A stretch of 64,000 bases of DNA from NCBI GenBank assembly GCA_964387675.1, contig CAYLWL010000003.1, positions 6,436-70,435 of the forward strand, in the 5' to 3' direction. The position numbers and the translations under genes are program-made. Each line of letters begins with the position of its first letter. Position 1 is the first letter of the stretch. The stretch comes from an uncultured Candidatus Saccharibacteria bacterium (GTDB lineage Bacteria; Patescibacteriota; Minisyncoccia; UBA6257; 2-01-FULL-56-20). Shown piece by piece: positions 36,017 through 45,783 of the stretch. Under the pieces are notes generated by a model, which made no database searches, was not told the origin of the DNA, and saw only the letters and a program-made list of their open reading frames with translations.

Positions 36017-36055
36017 ATCATTTCCGTTATAACATAATATTATGTTATAACGGAA
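36017..36055. repeat. Perfect AT-rich palindrome TTTCCGTTATAACATAAT|ATTATGTTATAACGGAAA between convergent genes; degenerate copy at about 52555-52595
   Basis: Read directly from the sequence. Could be a bidirectional terminator or protein-binding site. Confidence 0.55.
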
Positions 36056-36157
36056 ACAAAAAATTTGATTGCGGCTTAGTTTCCGTCTGCTCTTTTTATC
36101 TCTGCTCCCAAGATCGTAAAAATAAGCCCCTCCGACGCGCGTCGGAGGGGTGTTCGA

Positions 36158-37279
36158 TTACAGGTGCAAGAGCCGTATGATTCTGGAAACGTGTTTGCCA
36201 ATCGCCATGGACGCGGAAAGTCCGGGGGATTCGATGCCGATAAGATTGATCCAGAGAGGGTGGTTGTTATCCGCGCGCACGATAAAATCCGATTCCTGCG
36301 GAGTGTTCACGATTTTCGGCCTGATTCCCGAGTAGGCCCACCGGAGGTCTTCTTCTTTGATCGCTGGGCAAAACTTTTGGATTTCTTCGAGAAAAACTTC
36401 CACGGGAGTTTTGTCTTCTTCGTAATAATCTTTCGCAGGCACTGGCCTGGCATTGGGGCCGAAAAAGAGCCGTCCGCCAACTCGAGGGCTGAAGTGCGCT
36501 CCTTTTCCCGGTGAGTTTCGCGGAACTACGGGATACACGAGCCGTTTCACCAGTTCTCGTTTCGAGCCGATGATCTCATAGTACTCACCGCGCCACGGGT
36601 AAATCTTGTACTGCACGAATCCCGCAAGGCGCGCCACGTCGTCCGCGTAGAGCCCCGCGGAGTTTATCACGCTTCCCGCGAAAAACTCGAGATTTTCCGT
36701 TTCGAGCCGGTACCGTTTGCCGACATTGCCGGCTTTTTTGAGGCCCTCGCCGAAAAAGAAGCGCGCACCTCTCATTTCGGCATCGCGTCGCAGGGAGTTC
36801 ACGAAGGTCGGCGAGTCGATGACGCAAACACTCGGTATGAATATTCCCGCGAGCGCCCTGATGTTCGGTTCGAGCCGCTGTATCCCGAATGGCGAAAGAA
36901 ATTTGAAACCGATCTTTTGTTTTCTTCCGTAACGGAGGAGGTGGCGCAGATTTTGCCATTCCTGAAGCCCGCTCATCATCCCCGCGCAGGGAACAGAGAC
37001 GATCATTCCGCAACCCATTACCGCGAGCGATCTCTCGACCATATAACGCTCGGCTAATTCGCTTCCTTCCCGCGCGAATTTCGATTTGAGAAACGCGGGA
37101 TTCTGGTGAAAACCGGAATGGAGCACGCCGCTGTTTCTGCCGCTCGTTTCGAGTCCGGCGCCGGCCAGTTTTTCGAGAACCGCGATTTTGCGGCTCCGGT
37201 AATCAAGTGCGAGCTGTCGCGCGATGGCGCAGCCCACCACCCCGGCGCCGACGATCACAACGTCAAACTCGCTTTCCAT
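36158..37279 (-). CDS. FAD-dependent oxidoreductase (L-2-hydroxyglutarate oxidase LhgO-like)
   Basis: DVVIVGAGVVGCAIARQL dinucleotide-binding motif and C-terminal YSGIRP. Confidence 0.6.
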   Translation of the reverse strand: MESEFDVVIVGAGVVGCAIARQLALDYRSRKIAVLEKLAGAGLETSGRNSGVLHSGFHQNPAFLKSKFAREGSELAERYMVERSLAVMGCGMIVSVPCAGMMSGLQEWQNLRHLLRYGRKQKIGFKFLSPFGIQRLEPNIRALAGIFIPSVCVIDSPTFVNSLRRDAEMRGARFFFGEGLKKAGNVGKRYRLETENLEFFAGSVINSAGLYADDVARLAGFVQYKIYPWRGEYYEIIGSKRELVKRLVYPVVPRNSPGKGAHFSPRVGGRLFFGPNARPVPAKDYYEEDKTPVEVFLEEIQKFCPAIKEEDLRWAYSGIRPKIVNTPQESDFIVRADNNHPLWINLIGIESPGLSASMAIGKHVSRIIRLLHL

Positions 37280-37335
37280 AGCTCCTCGTTCTCGAATAAA
37301 GGTTCTTCTGGTATCTTACGACGAGAAGAGATAAA

Positions 37336-38388
37336 ATGAAAATCAATCTTAAAAACATGCGTAAAAGAAAAGTCATTATTTTAGGGTTCGGCGGAACCAT
37401 CGCGATGGTTCCCGATGCTCACGGGGTATTAAAGCCGGCGAAAGGCGTGGATGAGATTCTTGCTATCGTTCCGTCTCTCAAGGAAATGGCGGATATTTCA
37501 TTGCGCCAGCTGGAGAATCGCGATAGCACCAATATCAATCCCAACCACTGGACCAATCTGGCGCTTGCCATTCAAGAAATCCACGGCCAGGTTGACGGGA
37601 TTATCGTGACCCATGGGACCGACACGATGGCATACACGGCATCAGCTATTTCGCTCGCGCTTGGCCGCGGATTGAAAATTCCCGTTGTGTTTACCGGCTC
37701 GCAATTGCCGCTGATTGCCTACGGAACCGATGCGCGGTTTAATCTCGAGAACTCGATGAAGACGGTGCTTCGGGCATGCGAAGAAAGAATCGCGGAAGTG
37801 ATGATTGTTTTCAGCGAACGCGTTATGCGGGCAAGCCGGGCGATCAAAACGAGCGAAGCAAGTTTTCATGCTTTTGATTCCCCGGCATTCCCGCGTCTCG
37901 CGCGCGTTGATGCCATCGGAGTCCATTTTATTCCCGAAGTTCTCAAGGTTGACGAGGACGCACCGTTGAATGTGCTCCCAAACTTTGAGCATGGTATTTT
38001 CGCGATTGACCTGTTGCCCGGACTTGAGCCGGAGATCCTGTTTGGAGTCCTGCGTTCAGGAAAATGTAGAGGGCTTCTTTTCAAGTCGCTTGGCGCCGGC
38101 AATGTGCCGAGTGAGGAAGGTTACTCGCTCCTGCCGGTCATCCGCGAGGCCGTCGGTACTTTGAAGATACCCGTGCTTGTTTCCACGAAATTCGTGGGAG
38201 GAAAAGTGCATATGGAAATGTACGAACCGGGTAAATTGGCCCTTGAGGCAGGCGCCATTCCTACGGGGGACTTGACCGACGTTATGGCGCAAGTGAAGTT
38301 GATGTGGGCGCTGGCTCAAGGTTATACCTCGATGGAGGATTTAAAGAATATCATCAATACCAATATCGTCGGAGAAATTACGGCCTAG
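37336..38388 (+). CDS. L-asparaginase family protein (type I/GatD-like)
   Basis: ILGFGGTIAMV (TGGTIAG-like) and HGTDTMAYTAS (HGTDT) motifs. Confidence 0.75.
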   Translation: MKINLKNMRKRKVIILGFGGTIAMVPDAHGVLKPAKGVDEILAIVPSLKEMADISLRQLENRDSTNINPNHWTNLALAIQEIHGQVDGIIVTHGTDTMAYTASAISLALGRGLKIPVVFTGSQLPLIAYGTDARFNLENSMKTVLRACEERIAEVMIVFSERVMRASRAIKTSEASFHAFDSPAFPRLARVDAIGVHFIPEVLKVDEDAPLNVLPNFEHGIFAIDLLPGLEPEILFGVLRSGKCRGLLFKSLGAGNVPSEEGYSLLPVIREAVGTLKIPVLVSTKFVGGKVHMEMYEPGKLALEAGAIPTGDLTDVMAQVKLMWALAQGYTSMEDLKNIINTNIVGEITA

Positions 38389-38409
38389 AAACTCCCTCTT
38401 AATAGTTTT

Positions 38410-38898
38410 ATGCGCGAATATTTCACCGAAGCAGTTGTGTTGGATCGCGAGCCGTCGGGCGAACTGGATTTTAGAGTTTCTCTTTTTACCAAAAAATTCG
38501 GGAAGCTGATGGCGAAAGCAAAAAGCGCGCGGAAGATCACCTCGAAACTTTCCGGGCATCTTCTGCCCGGGAATATCGCCGACGTCCGGCTTATAGAAAA
38601 AAACGGGCTGCAGGTCGTGGATGCCATAAAAAAGAGTTCGACTTCTTCGGGCGCCGACCTCTTTCTGCTGAACAAAATTCTTGCCGACGCCGAACCGGAC
38701 CCCGCTCTTTGGCAAAAGGTTATCTCCGGCAATCTCCGGTGGGGTGAAGTTATAAAAATATTGGGGTGGGATCCCGAATTCGCTCTTTGTTCGGCTTGCG
38801 CCATTCCGAAGCCGGAGTCATTTAGTATTCGCGGCCAGGAGTTTTTCTGCCGCACGTGCGCTTTAAGATCCGGTCAAAAAGAGTTATTATATCTATAA
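38410..38898 (+). CDS. recO: Short RecO-like DNA repair protein (OB fold plus C4 zinc finger)
   Basis: N-terminus AVVLDREPSGELDFRVSLFTKKFGKLMAKAKSARK resembles the RecO OB domain. C-terminus has CSACA...CRTCA. Only 162 aa. Confidence 0.45.
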   Translation: MREYFTEAVVLDREPSGELDFRVSLFTKKFGKLMAKAKSARKITSKLSGHLLPGNIADVRLIEKNGLQVVDAIKKSSTSSGADLFLLNKILADAEPDPALWQKVISGNLRWGEVIKILGWDPEFALCSACAIPKPESFSIRGQEFFCRTCALRSGQKELLYL

Positions 38899-38935
38899 GT
38901 ACGGCACATGTCGCTTGTTACATGTCACTTGTCAC

Positions 38936-40720
38936 ATGCCCAATGAATCCCCGTGGGGAACAAAACCGAGTTTGAAAAGAGCGGCCTCCGAAGAAAAATC
39001 AATAGGAAGGGGCGTTTTTTGGCTCGTTGGAATAATCGTTCTGGGAATTGCGGCAGCCGGCGCTTATTACTTTTTACAGCCGCAAGGCGCGAATGTGGGA
39101 CTCGACTTTTCTAAGCCAAACCAGGTGCTTCTTGGGGACCCCTTAACGCTTTCCGTTTCCGCCTCGAATTACTCGGACGGCGTTTTAAGGGGGGCGAAAA
39201 TCTCGCTTTTTTTGCCGGAAGGAGTTTCTTTCACGGGACAGCCGCAAAGCCAGCGGGCGATGGAGCAAACATTGGGCGACGTGGGGCCAGGGAGCATCAA
39301 CCAGCAAGGGTTTTCGCTCATCGTCACCAGCGGTCCGAATTCGGTAAAGCGCATAGAAGCGAAATTGATCTATTCCACCGCGGGGAATCCCAATACCCAG
39401 TTCGAGCACGCGCAAAACGTCGATCTTTTGGTGGGACAGCCGGCGGTGAGCGTCAATCTTTCCTCGCCGGAGAATGTATTCAGCGGTGAGGAATTCCAGG
39501 TGCAAATTACGTATCTGAACAACACAGGCCGTGATTTTAAGAACCTGCGCCTGAAGATTGATTATCCGCCGATTTTCGAGTTCAAGAGAAGTTCCATGGC
39601 AACCGAGGATTCGAGCAATAATGTTTGGAGTATTGGCACGCTCACTGCCGGCTCCGGAGGGAATATCTCCGTTACGGGGAGCATCGTCGGTCAGGAAAAA
39701 TCGTTTTTCAGTTTCAACGGGTCGGTGGTCGCCGACTTTTTGGGCGTGACGTATACCATCAATACCCAGTCGGCGAACGTCGCCATTTCTCCGGCGCCGC
39801 TTTCGCTTGGAATCGTTTTGAGTAACGGTTCGGATTATGTCGTCCGCCCCGGAGACATGCTGGATTACGCTTTACAGTTCAAAAACAATTCCGACGTCGC
39901 GATGCAGAATGTCAACATAAAAGCCAAGCTGATCGGGGAAATGTTCGATTTTTCGAGCCTGCAGTCGGGAGCGGCTTTCGATTCTTTGACAAACACGGTT
40001 TCCTGGTCGCCGGCGACGACCGCGGGGCTTTCGAACGTCGCGCCGGGCGCAAGCGGCTCGGTGGATTTCCGCGTTCACGCGAGACAAACGTTCCCCATCA
40101 AATTCATCAGCGACAAAAATTATACTTTAAAAATCCAGGCCCGGATCGAGTCTCCCACGGTGCCGCAGAACACGACGGCGCAAAAAACCGTTTCCGTGGC
40201 CGATGTGGAACATAAGGTGGCCGGCCGGTTGGCGCTCACGGCAGAGGCATACTGGCGGGACGCCGCTTCCGGGATTTTGAACACAGGTCCTTATCCTCCG
40301 AAGGTCAACAAACCGACTCAATATACCGTTCATTGGCGATTGGCGAATTACGCGACTGACGTGTCGAGTATTATCGTTTCCGCTCACCTGCAATCAGGCG
40401 CCCGCTTTACCGGCAAGACGAAAAACACGGGAGGCGGTGTCGTAAATTACGACTCGAACTCCGGCTTGGTCACGTGGAATATCGCCTCCGTGCCGGCAAC
40501 GAAAGGCGTGGTGAGCGCCCCTCTCGAGCAGGTATTCCAAATCGAAGTAACACCTGCTATAAATCAAGTGAACCAGAATATAGTGTTTTTGAGCGAGAGC
40601 AAGGCGGAAGGCAACGACGTGTTTACGGGACTTTCCATAAGCGCGGGCGCGCCGCAACTGGATTCCAATTTGCCGTATGACAAAACGATTGCCGTGTCGG
40701 ACAGAACCGTAAAACAATAA
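38936..40720 (+). CDS. Large membrane-anchored/secreted beta-rich repeat protein (possible DUF11-type repeats)
   Basis: TM anchor VFWLVGIIVLGIAAAGAYYF, then ~550 aa of repeated Ig-like-looking segments (…VSVNLSSPENVFSGEEFQVQITYLNNTG…). The real start is probably at MPNESP or later. Confidence 0.45.
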   Translation: MPNESPWGTKPSLKRAASEEKSIGRGVFWLVGIIVLGIAAAGAYYFLQPQGANVGLDFSKPNQVLLGDPLTLSVSASNYSDGVLRGAKISLFLPEGVSFTGQPQSQRAMEQTLGDVGPGSINQQGFSLIVTSGPNSVKRIEAKLIYSTAGNPNTQFEHAQNVDLLVGQPAVSVNLSSPENVFSGEEFQVQITYLNNTGRDFKNLRLKIDYPPIFEFKRSSMATEDSSNNVWSIGTLTAGSGGNISVTGSIVGQEKSFFSFNGSVVADFLGVTYTINTQSANVAISPAPLSLGIVLSNGSDYVVRPGDMLDYALQFKNNSDVAMQNVNIKAKLIGEMFDFSSLQSGAAFDSLTNTVSWSPATTAGLSNVAPGASGSVDFRVHARQTFPIKFISDKNYTLKIQARIESPTVPQNTTAQKTVSVADVEHKVAGRLALTAEAYWRDAASGILNTGPYPPKVNKPTQYTVHWRLANYATDVSSIIVSAHLQSGARFTGKTKNTGGGVVNYDSNSGLVTWNIASVPATKGVVSAPLEQVFQIEVTPAINQVNQNIVFLSESKAEGNDVFTGLSISAGAPQLDSNLPYDKTIAVSDRTVKQ

Positions 40721-40721
40721 T

Positions 40722-40889
40722 ATGATGAGCAAGATGCGTTTTTCGGAACCGGCGGTTCGTCTGCTCCTGCGGCAGACGCCCGCCTGGCTCTCGGGCTTCT
40801 CGACCGAGCACAGAGAGAATTCTCTCTGTGCTCGGTACCAAGCCGAGAAGCCCTCCGAGGTCTTCCTCAAAACGCATCTTGCTCATCAT
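40722..40889. repeat. GC-rich structured element, family D copy B, bounded by 21-bp inverted repeat
   Basis: ATGATGAGCAAGATGCGTTTT...AAAACGCATCTTGCTCATCAT. Internal motifs TTCGGAACCGGCGGTTCG and CTTCCTCAAAAC are shared with copies C and D. Confidence 0.55.
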
Positions 40890-40902
40890 TAGCGCGTAGA
40901 AT

Positions 40903-42219
40903 ATGACGGAGGACATGAAACAAATCAAAGAAGAAAACAATCTAATGGAAAAAGTAGTTTCGCTTTGCAAGAGGCGCGGTTTTATTTTTCCGGGCTCGGA
41001 GATTTATGGCGGCCTTGCGAATTCATGGGATTATGGCCCCTTAGGAGTGGAGCTGAAGAACAACATCAAGCAGCTGTGGTGGAATATGTTCGTCCACAGA
41101 CGGGACGATGTGGTCGGGATTGACGCGGCGCTCATTATGAATCCGAAGGTGTGGGAAGCGAGCGGGCACACAGGAGCCGGTTTTGCGGATCCGCTCATCG
41201 AATGCCGCAAGTGCCATGAGCGTTATCGCCTTGATCAGCTCGAAGAAAAGAAATGTCTTAACTGCGGCGGAAAGGAATTCACGGAACCGAAAATGTTCAA
41301 CATTCTTATGAAAACTTATCTCGGAGCGGTTGAAGGAGACAAATCCGAGGTTTATCTCCGAGGAGAGACCGCGCAAGCGATGTTCGTTGACTTCAAAAAT
41401 ATCCTTGATACCACAAGAAAAACTCTGCCATTCGGTGTCGCGCAAATAGGAAAGGCGTTTCGTAACGAAATCACGCCCGGAAATTTCATTTTCCGCACAC
41501 GCGAATTCGAGCTGATGGAGGTTGAGTATTTCGTCAAGGAGGAAAACTGGGAAAATTACTTCGAATATTGGCGGAAAGAAATGAACGGCTGGCTTAAAGA
41601 AATCGGAGTAGATATGAGAAAGATTCACGAAGTAGAAATTCCGGAAGGAGAACGGGCACACTATTCGAAACGGACGATCGATTTTGAATACGATTATCCT
41701 TTTGGCCAGAAAGAGCTTTACGGACTTGCGTATAGAACCGATTTCGATCTAAAGAACCACTTTAAGGAGCCGCCATACCGCGATCCGGAGACCGGCGGAG
41801 AATTCTGGCCGCACGTCATCGAACCCGCGTTGGGCGTAGACCGCTCGGTTCTTGTTGTTCTTCTCGATGCCTACACGGAGGAAAAAGACCGCGTCGTACT
41901 CAAACTCAAACCTCGCCTCGCGCCGTATAAAGCCGCAGTTTTCCCGCTTCTCGCGAACAAGCCGCAACTCGTGGAGAAGGCTCGTGAAGTATTCCGAAAT
42001 CTGAAGTCCGATCTCCGATATCCGATCGCATGGGACGACCGCGGCAACATCGGTAAGCGTTACTACTCACAAGACGAGATCGGCACGCCTTTTTGTATCA
42101 CAATTGACTTCGATAGTTTGGACAAAAACGACGTTACGGTGAGAGACAGGGATACGGCGAAACAAGAAAGAGTGGCGATAGCCGATCTCAAAGAGTATAT
42201 CTCCGGTAAAATTCGCTAG
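40903..42219 (+). CDS. glyQS: Glycyl-tRNA synthetase, dimeric alpha2 (archaeal/eukaryote-like GlyQS) type
   Basis: RRGFIFPGSEIYGGLANSWDYGPLG, an insertion domain with C..C...C..C, and a C-terminal anticodon-binding domain. Confidence 0.85.
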   Translation: MTEDMKQIKEENNLMEKVVSLCKRRGFIFPGSEIYGGLANSWDYGPLGVELKNNIKQLWWNMFVHRRDDVVGIDAALIMNPKVWEASGHTGAGFADPLIECRKCHERYRLDQLEEKKCLNCGGKEFTEPKMFNILMKTYLGAVEGDKSEVYLRGETAQAMFVDFKNILDTTRKTLPFGVAQIGKAFRNEITPGNFIFRTREFELMEVEYFVKEENWENYFEYWRKEMNGWLKEIGVDMRKIHEVEIPEGERAHYSKRTIDFEYDYPFGQKELYGLAYRTDFDLKNHFKEPPYRDPETGGEFWPHVIEPALGVDRSVLVVLLDAYTEEKDRVVLKLKPRLAPYKAAVFPLLANKPQLVEKAREVFRNLKSDLRYPIAWDDRGNIGKRYYSQDEIGTPFCITIDFDSLDKNDVTVRDRDTAKQERVAIADLKEYISGKIR

Positions 42220-42225
42220 ATTCAG

Positions 42226-43488
42226 ATGAAGTTTGTTGTAGAGGGTGGAAAAACTTTGCAAGGTGAAATCGAAGTACGGGGCGCGAAGAACTCTGTGATG
42301 AAAGCGATGGCCTGCTCGCTTCTTTTTGACGAGCCGGTAGTTCTCGAGAATGTGCCCTTGATCGAAGATGTGTTTAGGATGGCAGAGCTTTTGGAGAACC
42401 TGGGCGCGAAGGTAGAAAAAACGGGCGAGCGGAGTTTCCGGCTTGATCCAAGCGCTGCCGAAGGCACCGATTTGAGGAAAGAAATAGCCAAAAGACTGCG
42501 GGCATCGATCGTTATCGCGGGACCGCTCCTCGCGCGCAACAAAAAGGTTTCCTCTCCCCACCCCGGCGGATGCGTGATAGGGAAGAGGCCCATCGATCTG
42601 TTTCTTGATGGCTGGAGGGCTATGGGGGCGAACGTTACGGACGGCGAAGCCGGATTCGAGGTCGAAGCGGAAAAGTTGAAAGGAACGGATTTTACGTTCC
42701 GCGTGGTGAGCGTGACCGGAACGGAAACGTTGATGATGACCGCCGTGCTCGCCGATGGAAAAACGGTCTTGCGGAACGCGGCGATGGAGCCGGAAATTCC
42801 GGCGCTCGCGAAGTTTTTGAATGATTCCGGAGCCGAGATCAGCGGCGCGGGTACGCCGACCGTCGAGATTGTGGGTACGGGAGGACGATTGCTTCGCGCC
42901 AAAAGTCCTTTCCGGATTATTCCCGACAGGATTGAGGCGGGAAGTTTTTTGATACTGGGCGCGGCATTGGGCCGCAACGTGAAGATCAAAAACTGCAACC
43001 CCGAGCATCTTGCTTCTGTTATCGCGACATTGATCAGCGCGGGAGTGCCTATCGGCATCGGGAGAGATTGGATCTCCGTTTCGCGTCCTCCGAAGATTTC
43101 CGCTCTCGATGTGAAAACGAAAGAGTACCCCGGTTTCCCGACCGATTTGCAGGCGCCGATCACCGCGCTGATGACCCAGGCGGAAGGCGAAAGCAAGATC
43201 GTTGAAACCATATTTGAGAATAGGTTTGGGTATATTGAGGACTTAAAACGAATGGGCGCGAATATTATTTTGTGCGATCCACAGAGAATTTTAGTGAAAG
43301 GACCGACGGAACTCCGCGGACGGGAAATAGAAAGCCCGGATTTGCGAGCGGGGCTTGCGTTCGTGATCGCCGCGCTTCTCGCAAAAGGGGGGTCCGTGGT
43401 GAGTAATGTGTATCAAATCGACCGCGGATACGAAAAAATCGACGAGCGGTTGCGTTTGTTGGGAGCAGAGATAAAGAGAGTGGACTGA
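42226..43488 (+). CDS. murA: UDP-N-acetylglucosamine 1-carboxyvinyltransferase
   Basis: MKFVVEGGKTLQGEIEVRGAKNS..., an EPSP-synthase fold. The active-site Cys region is replaced by ...PGGCVIGKRPID. Confidence 0.9.
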   Translation: MKFVVEGGKTLQGEIEVRGAKNSVMKAMACSLLFDEPVVLENVPLIEDVFRMAELLENLGAKVEKTGERSFRLDPSAAEGTDLRKEIAKRLRASIVIAGPLLARNKKVSSPHPGGCVIGKRPIDLFLDGWRAMGANVTDGEAGFEVEAEKLKGTDFTFRVVSVTGTETLMMTAVLADGKTVLRNAAMEPEIPALAKFLNDSGAEISGAGTPTVEIVGTGGRLLRAKSPFRIIPDRIEAGSFLILGAALGRNVKIKNCNPEHLASVIATLISAGVPIGIGRDWISVSRPPKISALDVKTKEYPGFPTDLQAPITALMTQAEGESKIVETIFENRFGYIEDLKRMGANIILCDPQRILVKGPTELRGREIESPDLRAGLAFVIAALLAKGGSVVSNVYQIDRGYEKIDERLRLLGAEIKRVD

Positions 43489-43635
43489 TTTCTGCGGCAC
43501 TGCTCTTCGGAACCGCGGTTCGCTCGCTCCAGCGGCTCGCGCCCGCTGCCTCTCGGCAATTCGACTCCGACTGCGGTTGGAGACCAAGCTCGAATTGCCT
43601 CCGAGAGCTTCCTCAAAACAGCGCGGCAGAAATCA
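43486..43635. repeat. GC-rich structured element, family D copy C
   Basis: TGATTTCTGCGGCAC...CAGCGCGGCAGAAATCA terminal inverted repeats. The core ACTCCGACTGCGGTTGGAGACCAAG is the reverse complement of the core of copy A. Confidence 0.55.
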
Positions 43636-43654
43636 ATTTTATAAAAGAAATGAA

Positions 43655-43690
43655 AGCGGCCGCCAAATTTGGCGGCCGATTATTTATGAA
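43655..43690. terminator. Bidirectional terminator (perfect palindrome GGCCGCCAAATTTGGCGGCC)
   Basis: Flanked by A-rich sequence on the 5' side and T-rich on the 3' side. Lies between convergent murA and the lipoprotein gene. Confidence 0.5.
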
Positions 43691-43706
43691 AGAAGCGGGT
43701 TCTTCG

Positions 43707-44396
43707 TTATTGGCTTGGTATTTTCTTCAGTTTTTCAGTCCACTCAAAGTCAAAAACAATCTCAGCGGCTCTTACGTTTTTGACTGCTTCTTCAAGATAG
43801 GTAATAGTTTCTTCCAGCCGTCCATAGCCAATACTTATTGCTCCGGCGGTGAAGTAAAGGTCGTGAAGCTCTTTTGCTTTTTGATATGCATGTTCTCCTT
43901 CGCGGTCGTGAACGGGCTTAACCCCTTTTTCTTCGTAGCCCTCCAGCTTTTTTCTAATCTCCCAGTACTGCCTAAGTAATTTCTTTACTTCTGGGTCAAT
44001 CTCGACATTCCTTGATGAGAGATGTCTGTAGAATCCGGCAAACATTTCTTCTTTGGCAAACCGGATTTCTTTTCGAGCGTCCTCCACATCTCCTTTCGTG
44101 AGAGACTTTTCCGCACGCTCAAGAGCCAACAAACCCCACTTGAGATCGTCTCTGATAATTTCGTCGTAGCCGCTTTTGCCTTGGCCGGGAAATAATCCAT
44201 GCTCCCTGATTGTTTCCCAGACGTCACGCGGGGTACTTCCCTTGACGCCAGTCTCTTTTTGAATTGTCTGTATAAGCTCGGTGATTTCTTTCTGTTCCGG
44301 CGATAGATTTGGTTTTTGCGCAATAGTAGGTTTGTTGTCTCTACAGCCACCCAGACCGAAAGTTACAATCACAATAAGGGCGAGAACTCTTTTCAC
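43707..44396 (-). CDS. Hypothetical lipoprotein
   Basis: MKRVLALIVIVTFGLGGC has a lipobox-like LGGC. The 229-aa mature region is charged and helical. Confidence 0.5.
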   Translation of the reverse strand: MKRVLALIVIVTFGLGGCRDNKPTIAQKPNLSPEQKEITELIQTIQKETGVKGSTPRDVWETIREHGLFPGQGKSGYDEIIRDDLKWGLLALERAEKSLTKGDVEDARKEIRFAKEEMFAGFYRHLSSRNVEIDPEVKKLLRQYWEIRKKLEGYEEKGVKPVHDREGEHAYQKAKELHDLYFTAGAISIGYGRLEETITYLEEAVKNVRAAEIVFDFEWTEKLKKIPSQ

Positions 44397-44469
44397 TTGC
44401 CACCCCTTTTATCAAAAACTGGAAACTAATTAGAGTATATAACGAGCTTTTGGCTTGTCTAGGGTGGGT

Positions 44470-44662
44470 GTGAGTGCCGCACCGTTCTGAGGAAGCTCTC
44501 GGAGCTCCGATGGGCTTGGTCTCGAGAGAAGCGAGAGCCATCGGAGCGAGAGGCAGGCCCGATTTGCCGTCCCGACCAGAGGTCGAGGATCCTCGATTCC
44601 GCAAAGCGGAATCGGGACTGGAATAAATCGAGGCCGGTTCCGAATGGCGGTGTGGCACTCAC
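44470..44662. repeat. GC-rich structured element, family D copy D (inverted orientation relative to B/C)
   Basis: GTGAGTGCCGCACCG...CGGTGTGGCACTCAC terminal inverted repeats. GTTCTGAGGAAGC and GGCCGGTTCCGAATGGCGG are reverse-complement matches to motifs in copy B. Confidence 0.55.
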
Positions 44663-44706
44663 GTATCATCTTTACATTTCGATTTTTTAGTTTTACACTT
44701 ACCAAG

Positions 44707-45714
44707 ATGTTTACCAAGAAAATAGGCATTGATTTGGGGACCGCGAACACGGTCGTTTTCGTGCCGGGGCGCGGTTTTGTGATCAACGAACCCACTATTG
44801 TGGCTCTTACGAAGCCGGAGAATTCCGTTCTCGCGGTGGGTGTCGAGGCAAAAGAGATGATCGGCCGGACACCGGAGGAGATTGTGGCTTATAGGCCCCT
44901 CAAAGACGGCGTAATCGCGGACTACTACATCACGAAAGCGATGCTCACGTATTTCATCTCGAAGGCGGTCGGCTGGTTCAATATTTTGAAGCCGGATGTT
45001 GTCGTTTCCGTGCCCGCCGGCATCACGCAGACGGAGCGAAGGGCGGTCATCAACGCGTCGCGCGAAGCGGGCGCGAGGAACGCGTTTATCGTCCGGGAAC
45101 CGGTGCTCGCGGCCTTGGGAGCCGGTATTCCCATAAACGCGAGGTCGGGAAACATGATCATCAACATCGGCGGCGGCACGTCCGAGGTGGCGGTGATAGC
45201 GCTCGGCAATATCATCTCATGGACCAGCTTGCGCATCGCCGGCAACAAATTCGATCAGGCGATCAGCGACTATGTGAAGAAGAAATATGCTCTCGCGATC
45301 GGAGAGCAAACGGCCGAAAACGTAAAAATAGAAATCGGGTCTGCCCTGAACACCAAAGATAAAATGGAATATCAGCTTCGCGGCCGCGATTTGATCACCG
45401 GATTGCCGAAGGACATAGTAATCACCTCGAACGAAATCGCGGACGCCCTCAATCCGTTGCTTGTCGAGATCGCGAGCTCGATTCAGAACGTTTTCAATGT
45501 CACTCCGCCGGAACTCGTGGCCGACATTATGGAGAAGGGGATTATTCTTTCCGGTGGCAGTGTCCAGCTTCATCACCTCCCCGAGTTTTTTGAGAGATTC
45601 CTGGGGGTGCAGGCCTATGTGGCGGAAGACCCGCTTTTCTGCGTTGCCAAAGGTACGGGGCTCATCTTAAGCCATTTGGATACCTATAAGCGCACGTTAC
45701 TCAATAAACGATAG
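44707..45714 (+). CDS. mreB: Rod shape-determining protein MreB
   Basis: KIGIDLGTANTVVFV...Actin-like ATPase motifs. Start taken at MFTKKIGIDLG. Upstream in-frame codons lie in the GC-rich element. Confidence 0.9.
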   Translation: MFTKKIGIDLGTANTVVFVPGRGFVINEPTIVALTKPENSVLAVGVEAKEMIGRTPEEIVAYRPLKDGVIADYYITKAMLTYFISKAVGWFNILKPDVVVSVPAGITQTERRAVINASREAGARNAFIVREPVLAALGAGIPINARSGNMIINIGGGTSEVAVIALGNIISWTSLRIAGNKFDQAISDYVKKKYALAIGEQTAENVKIEIGSALNTKDKMEYQLRGRDLITGLPKDIVITSNEIADALNPLLVEIASSIQNVFNVTPPELVADIMEKGIILSGGSVQLHHLPEFFERFLGVQAYVAEDPLFCVAKGTGLILSHLDTYKRTLLNKR

Positions 45715-45715
45715 A

Positions 45716-45783
45716 GCTTTGAGGTGTTAGCTGTTAGCTTTTAGGGGGAATACTAAAAGCTAAAACTTATAAGCTAAAAGCTA
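45716..45783. repeat. Family H repeat, second copy (inverted orientation)
   Basis: See the entry at 16375-16444. Confidence 0.4.
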
